In this document: positions 60,044-64,000 of the stretch, piece by piece | How the letters are laid out: each line of letters begins with the position of its first letter | How positions within the stretch are numbered: position 1 is the first letter of the stretch | Origin: a virus | Taxonomy: Duplodnaviria > Caudoviricetes | Strand: one strand, 5' to 3' | IMG/VR virus record: IMGVR_UViG_3300025073_000608 | Coordinates: 1 to 64,000 of that record | Length of the DNA stretch: 64,000 nucleotides | Translations under genes and position numbers: made by a program | The notes under the pieces: model-generated | Seen by the model: the letters and a program-made list of their open reading frames with translations, nothing else | The model's database searches: none | Told to the model about the DNA's origin: nothing

Positions 60044-61226
60044 GTTTTTCTACTATTGTATAGAAATCTAAATCTCTCCAAAATAATGGGGAATCTACAG
60101 CTTTTTGATATTCTTGATTATTTTGAGAAGGTGTATTATTATCTAAAGCTGAAAAGGAATAGAAAATTTGCCCTTGAGAAATAACAATTTTACTTGATTT
60201 AAAATATAATTTGTCTATTTTAGGAAGTAATTCTTGTCTGATTTTTTCATTAATTACCCCTGTTCTGGTAATTGGACCAAATTCATAGTAATTAATTTTT
60301 TTAGGTAATAGTTTGTCATCTGGCAATTCAGAAGATAAAACTATTGGAATTCCGATAGATATAACGTTTCTTACGAATTCTATATCATCATATTCTGGAA
60401 TCTTATATACTATTGTCGGAATATTTCCTTTAAAATAACGTAATAGGTTTAAATTTATTGGCTTATCTGTAACTAAAATTGCCTTTTTAAGATAATTTAA
60501 ATGATGAGCAAGAAGCTGCTCATCTAAAAATTTATCTATTCGAACCTCTACTGGAGAATCAGGATTTCCTATATTTGATGGATGATTAGGAATTAGCTCT
60601 CGGATAAGAACATTAGAATACCTATCCCCTAAATGAACGGTCTGTATTGGTAAAACGAAATTAATATTTAATAATTTTAATATTGCGTTAGCTATTTCTT
60701 CAGGTAAGATTTTATTAATTGATTTAGGATTCTCTTGTAATGCATAAGAGGGCTTTTTATTTCCAACTCTTTCATAACATTTAAATAAAATCGTTTTATC
60801 TTTAGAACTAAAATATGGGCCAGCTATTTCTGGACGAGTTGAACTATATAATGCGACAATCGGAATATCATAATGAGAGCCCAAATGAATACCAAAACTA
60901 TCAGGACCAAAATGTAATAAAGAACCCTTCATTAAATATGCTAATTGATTAATAGATGTCGCCCCTCTAAGGTCAACTACTCTTCCATAGGGAGCTTCAT
61001 AAGGAAGTCCAACTTGTAATATAGAAATATTATTCTTTAATAGGATAGGATAAATCATGTCAATGACATCTTGCCAATAAGAATAATTTTTAGCGTCTAT
61101 ATTTTGCTGGGATTGAGCCTGAAAAGTAATATATTTCTCTATCGGAATAGGAAAAAACGTTTCATAAATGAATGGTTTATGAATTTTAGCTCCACACTGT
61201 AAAGCGTATGTTTCTACAAGATGCAT
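60021..61226 (-). CDS. GT9 (heptosyltransferase-like) C-terminal lobe plus unknown domain
   Basis: AKNYSYW, VVDLRGATSINQLAYL, GPDSFGIHLG, PIVALYSST. Confidence 0.8.
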   Translation of the reverse strand: MHLVETYALQCGAKIHKPFIYETFFPIPIEKYITFQAQSQQNIDAKNYSYWQDVIDMIYPILLKNNISILQVGLPYEAPYGRVVDLRGATSINQLAYLMKGSLLHFGPDSFGIHLGSHYDIPIVALYSSTRPEIAGPYFSSKDKTILFKCYERVGNKKPSYALQENPKSINKILPEEIANAILKLLNINFVLPIQTVHLGDRYSNVLIRELIPNHPSNIGNPDSPVEVRIDKFLDEQLLAHHLNYLKKAILVTDKPINLNLLRYFKGNIPTIVYKIPEYDDIEFVRNVISIGIPIVLSSELPDDKLLPKKINYYEFGPITRTGVINEKIRQELLPKIDKLYFKSSKIVISQGQIFYSFSALDNNTPSQNNQEYQKAVDSPLFWRDLDFYTIVEKLDTPITT

Positions 61227-61235
61227 AAGGTTTCT

Positions 61236-63158
61236 TTATTTTAAATTTAAATCAAGTTTATCTTCTCCACCATGATAGTAGGCGATATATCTTTGAGTAA
61301 GAGCATGGGGTAAATATGCGACATTAAAATATCCATTATGAGAAGAGTTTCCCTCAAGCCAAGTTAAGTTTTCCATCATAGGATGATAATCAAGGCATTT
61401 ATCCACAAACGGATTAGCAATTAAAATATCTTTAAATTGGGGCTTTGTCGCAACATATAAGGCCCAATCTGGGTAACGGTCCTTAATAGATTTAAAAATA
61501 GAAGTCGTTAAAAACACATCTCCAGCACTCTCGGGCATAACAACTAATACTCTTCCTTTATCTTCTTTATTTAAAAGACAATCAAAAGTAAGGGGAGCAA
61601 TTTGATTTTTTTGATTTTCAACGGTAGCTGTATGTCTAAAGAATTTTTCTATTTCTATCCTTGGGACGCCTTCTTTTATGCGAGCTATCCAATGTAAAAA
61701 ACCTGGGTCGTCTTTACCAATAGGCATCTTTAATATGTTGTGATACATATGAATTAGCCAATCCCCATCATCTTTAATCTCAGGGATGGCTGCCTCTGGA
61801 TTTTTTGCAGGAACATCTTCGATAAAACAAGAATCTTCGGCAAATGGAGCTGATTCAATAAATTCTTCTATTTGTTTTCCAATTATCTCTGTTGCGAAAT
61901 TATCTATCGCCCATTGCCTAGATTTCTTTTCTAGTTCTCTTTTATTTTGGGGTTTTAATTTAAATACTTTTTCTAATTGTTTGGCTATTGAAGCTGGATA
62001 TGTAGAAGCCTTAATAAATTGAGTTCCTGGTTCTCTATATTCCGACCATTCTAATGGAAAAGACCCAGATTCTTCTACGCACAAATCTTCTCCGCAACTA
62101 TAATTAGTAACCAAAGTTATCAATTCAGCCAATTTTGCTTCTTGGACAGGGATTTCTTGTCCCCCACTAGTAAATGGATGGCAGTAAACATCCATAAGAT
62201 TATATACTTCATTTAATTCTTGCTCAGAAATACCAAATGAAGGATGAGTAGTTATTTGTGACTTAGCAGTTCGACAATGAGGACAATCTTGTTCTGTTGC
62301 TAATGGAGATTTTATTTCGTATTTTTTACAAGAACGACAAACAAAAGTCGTAAGAACGTTTTCTTTTTTAATTTCGTTTTCGTCTAAAAGTTTTGGAATA
62401 TCCCAACCCTCTGTCCAGTTCGTATGTAATAAGAGTTTAGTTTTAATTTGAGGGTTTCTGTCAATAAATAATTTATAACCCTGTAAAAGGTTAGGAACCG
62501 ATTTCCTTAATTGGTTTCTAAACACAAAACCAATAACCCAAGTATTTTCATTAATATTATGTTGTTTTCGAAGACTTTTCCTATTTTCCTCAGATAATCT
62601 ATAAAATAATTTCGTAGCTAACGCTCCACGAATTGTTTTGACATGTTTATGTCCCATTTTGTGAAGGTCTTGCGTAGCGAAGTCAGCCCAAGACCAAAAA
62701 TGTTTAATTTTAGAAGCTACTTCAACAGCTTTTGGAAGAATAGGGCGAGAATCTAACGTCGTCCATAAAGCGGCAGTAATTTTAGGAAACCATGCTTTTT
62801 CGGCGCAGAAATCAATTCCCCAAATATCTTGAATAGCAATAAATACATCTGGTTTTTCGCTTTTAACCGCAGCGTCTACCGAGAAAGCTCCGTATCCAGC
62901 CATTCTATCTATATTTTCCCAAGCCCTTGGGTCATTTTGCTTTTTTATTTCTTCTAATTGTGGCGGGAAAACAGTTGGGAGAGTTTTCCATGGGGTGCGC
63001 GATAAATCTGGAGAATTAACTGCGCCAACAGCCAAATTAACTAATTCATATTTATTGGTTAAATATAAATACTCCAATAAAGCTCTTGCATTTCTTCCAA
63101 AACCTGTTTTAGCTAACGGGTGGTCCGTTAGGATTAGAACCTTTTTTTTGCGACTCAT
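61236..63158 (-). CDS. GT4 glycosyltransferase with Zn ribbon, DUF4214-like domain and GT9 N-terminal lobe
   Basis: TGFGRNAR, RNQLRK, LNEVYNLMDV, GGQEIPVQEA; CRSC...CPHC; MYHNILKM...DDPGFLHW; SAGDVFLTT...RYPDW...ANPFVD. Confidence 0.85.
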   Translation of the reverse strand: MSRKKKVLILTDHPLAKTGFGRNARALLEYLYLTNKYELVNLAVGAVNSPDLSRTPWKTLPTVFPPQLEEIKKQNDPRAWENIDRMAGYGAFSVDAAVKSEKPDVFIAIQDIWGIDFCAEKAWFPKITAALWTTLDSRPILPKAVEVASKIKHFWSWADFATQDLHKMGHKHVKTIRGALATKLFYRLSEENRKSLRKQHNINENTWVIGFVFRNQLRKSVPNLLQGYKLFIDRNPQIKTKLLLHTNWTEGWDIPKLLDENEIKKENVLTTFVCRSCKKYEIKSPLATEQDCPHCRTAKSQITTHPSFGISEQELNEVYNLMDVYCHPFTSGGQEIPVQEAKLAELITLVTNYSCGEDLCVEESGSFPLEWSEYREPGTQFIKASTYPASIAKQLEKVFKLKPQNKRELEKKSRQWAIDNFATEIIGKQIEEFIESAPFAEDSCFIEDVPAKNPEAAIPEIKDDGDWLIHMYHNILKMPIGKDDPGFLHWIARIKEGVPRIEIEKFFRHTATVENQKNQIAPLTFDCLLNKEDKGRVLVVMPESAGDVFLTTSIFKSIKDRYPDWALYVATKPQFKDILIANPFVDKCLDYHPMMENLTWLEGNSSHNGYFNVAYLPHALTQRYIAYYHGGEDKLDLNLK

Positions 63159-63160
63159 AA

Positions 63161-63706
63161 TTAAATATCTATTGTTTTAGACTTTGAATTATTGTTTTTA
63201 TTCGCAGCTAAAGATGTTCTTTCTTCAAAGAAATGGTGAAGGGCAAACAATAGAAACTCTCTTAACAGTCTTGCTTCTCCAAAATTTAAACCTATATAGA
63301 AACTATTTTTATTAGTAGAGTCTTCCTTGTCAATTACAGAGATAGAGAAAGAAAATCCTTGCTGGCAGGCTTCTTTAATAACTGCTCCAGAGACATCTTT
63401 TTGAGCGGCTCCCATCCATGTAGTAAAAGATATATGTTTTGGTTTCAGTTCATTATCATGATATGTTTTGAAATCGCGATTTTTATCTAGACATTCTAAA
63501 ATATGTCCGACTTCTATATCTGATAATTTAATATTAACGTGCTTTGTTGGGTCTTCTAAACTTGCTTTAAAAAGACCGTTGTCTGCTTTTTCGTCCCATC
63601 CAGCTTGTTTAACAATAGTAGCAAAAACACACTTTTCTCTTATTGAAAACCAGAATGAACAGGCAAACCCCTTATTAGTTTTAGTCGGATGGTATATATG
63701 AAACAT
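63161..63706 (-). CDS. hypothetical protein, Whirly-like ssDNA-binding fold suspected
   Basis: ATG 63706 preferred because the TTG at 63757 lies in the -35 box; pattern KLSDIEVG...YHD...GFSFSISV...FYIGLNFGE. Confidence 0.5.
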   Translation of the reverse strand: MFHIYHPTKTNKGFACSFWFSIREKCVFATIVKQAGWDEKADNGLFKASLEDPTKHVNIKLSDIEVGHILECLDKNRDFKTYHDNELKPKHISFTTWMGAAQKDVSGAVIKEACQQGFSFSISVIDKEDSTNKNSFYIGLNFGEARLLREFLLFALHHFFEERTSLAANKNNNSKSKTIDI

Positions 63707-63719
63707 AATGTATAACCTT

Positions 63720-63733
63720 GTGTAATTAATAAT
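63720..63733 (+). promoter_or_regulatory. GTGTAA-type candidate late promoter
   Basis: GTGTAATTAATAAT upstream of ATG 63768. Confidence 0.5.
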
Positions 63734-63757
63734 ATCATAAGATAAGGCAAAAGTCAA
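63729..63757 (-). promoter_or_regulatory. sigma70-like promoter of the - strand operon
   Basis: TTGACT-17 nt-TATTAT with extended -10 TG. Confidence 0.7.
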
Positions 63758-63767
63758 ACAAAATTAC

Positions 63768-64000
63768 ATGAAAATTGGAGAATTTCCTGGGGTTACAGTT
63801 GAAAATGATATCTTAACTGGATTTTATTTTAAAATTCATAATAGGGGTATCAGGGGAAAGATGTTTGAATTTTCAAGTCCTTCTTATCCAACCGAAAATT
63901 TTGAACCACCATTTGGAGCATATTTAGATAATAAAGTTCATAGAAAATCTGGCGTGGCTAGAAAATTTACTTCTTCAGAAGTAGCAGTAAGTGATAGGAC
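63768..64000 (+). CDS. hypothetical protein, truncated by the window end
   Basis: Open frame MKIGEFPGVTVENDILTGFYF... runs to the window edge. Confidence 0.5.
   Translation, partial: MKIGEFPGVTVENDILTGFYFKIHNRGIRGKMFEFSSPSYPTENFEPPFGAYLDNKVHRKSGVARKFTSSEVAVSDR

Noticed and set aside
4578-63701. Short overlapping or antisense ORFs in the ORF track (e.g. 4783..5070, 14098..14436, 39859..40200, 45814..46302, 61786..62022)
   Set aside because: They lie wholly within long, well-supported genes and look like shadow frames without their own signals
1-64000. Alternative genetic code (TAG/TGA recoding) as in some large phages
   Set aside because: Genes are full-length and tightly packed in code 11, and TAG and TGA serve as genuine stops
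1-64000. tRNA, rRNA, lysis or integrase genes
   Set aside because: Intergenic gaps are too short for structured RNA genes, and no holin, endolysin or integrase motifs were recognised

Overview
This window is the virion morphogenesis region of a large, AT-rich tailed dsDNA phage (Caudoviricetes, standard genetic code, probably siphovirus-like because no tail sheath is seen). The + strand carries a sigma-like factor, an ERCC4-type nuclease, TerL, portal, protease/scaffold, decoration protein, major capsid protein, a free-standing LAGLIDADG endonuclease, a 3078-aa modular fibre, head-tail joining genes, tail tube, chaperones, a 2618-aa tape measure protein (TMP) and tail-tip genes. A convergent - strand block encodes a Whirly-like protein, two glycosyltransferases and a Rad52-like annealing protein. 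Three observations stand out. (1) The TMP holds five AGGF(V/I)PNLA-type repeats that bracket globular cargo domains: a protein-kinase-like domain, and a PD-(D/E)xK-like plus P-loop-like segment. This suggests an injected, possibly processed effector polyprotein. (2) Ser/Thr-Gly dipeptides are strongly and directionally enriched in predicted surface virion proteins, next to a GT4 plus split-GT9 pair, suggesting virion-wide O-glycosylation. (3) A recurrent GTGTA(A/T)W motif precedes structural genes and is a candidate late promoter for the phage sigma factor. All family calls come from motif recognition by eye, and all counts are hand counts. No database searches were run.
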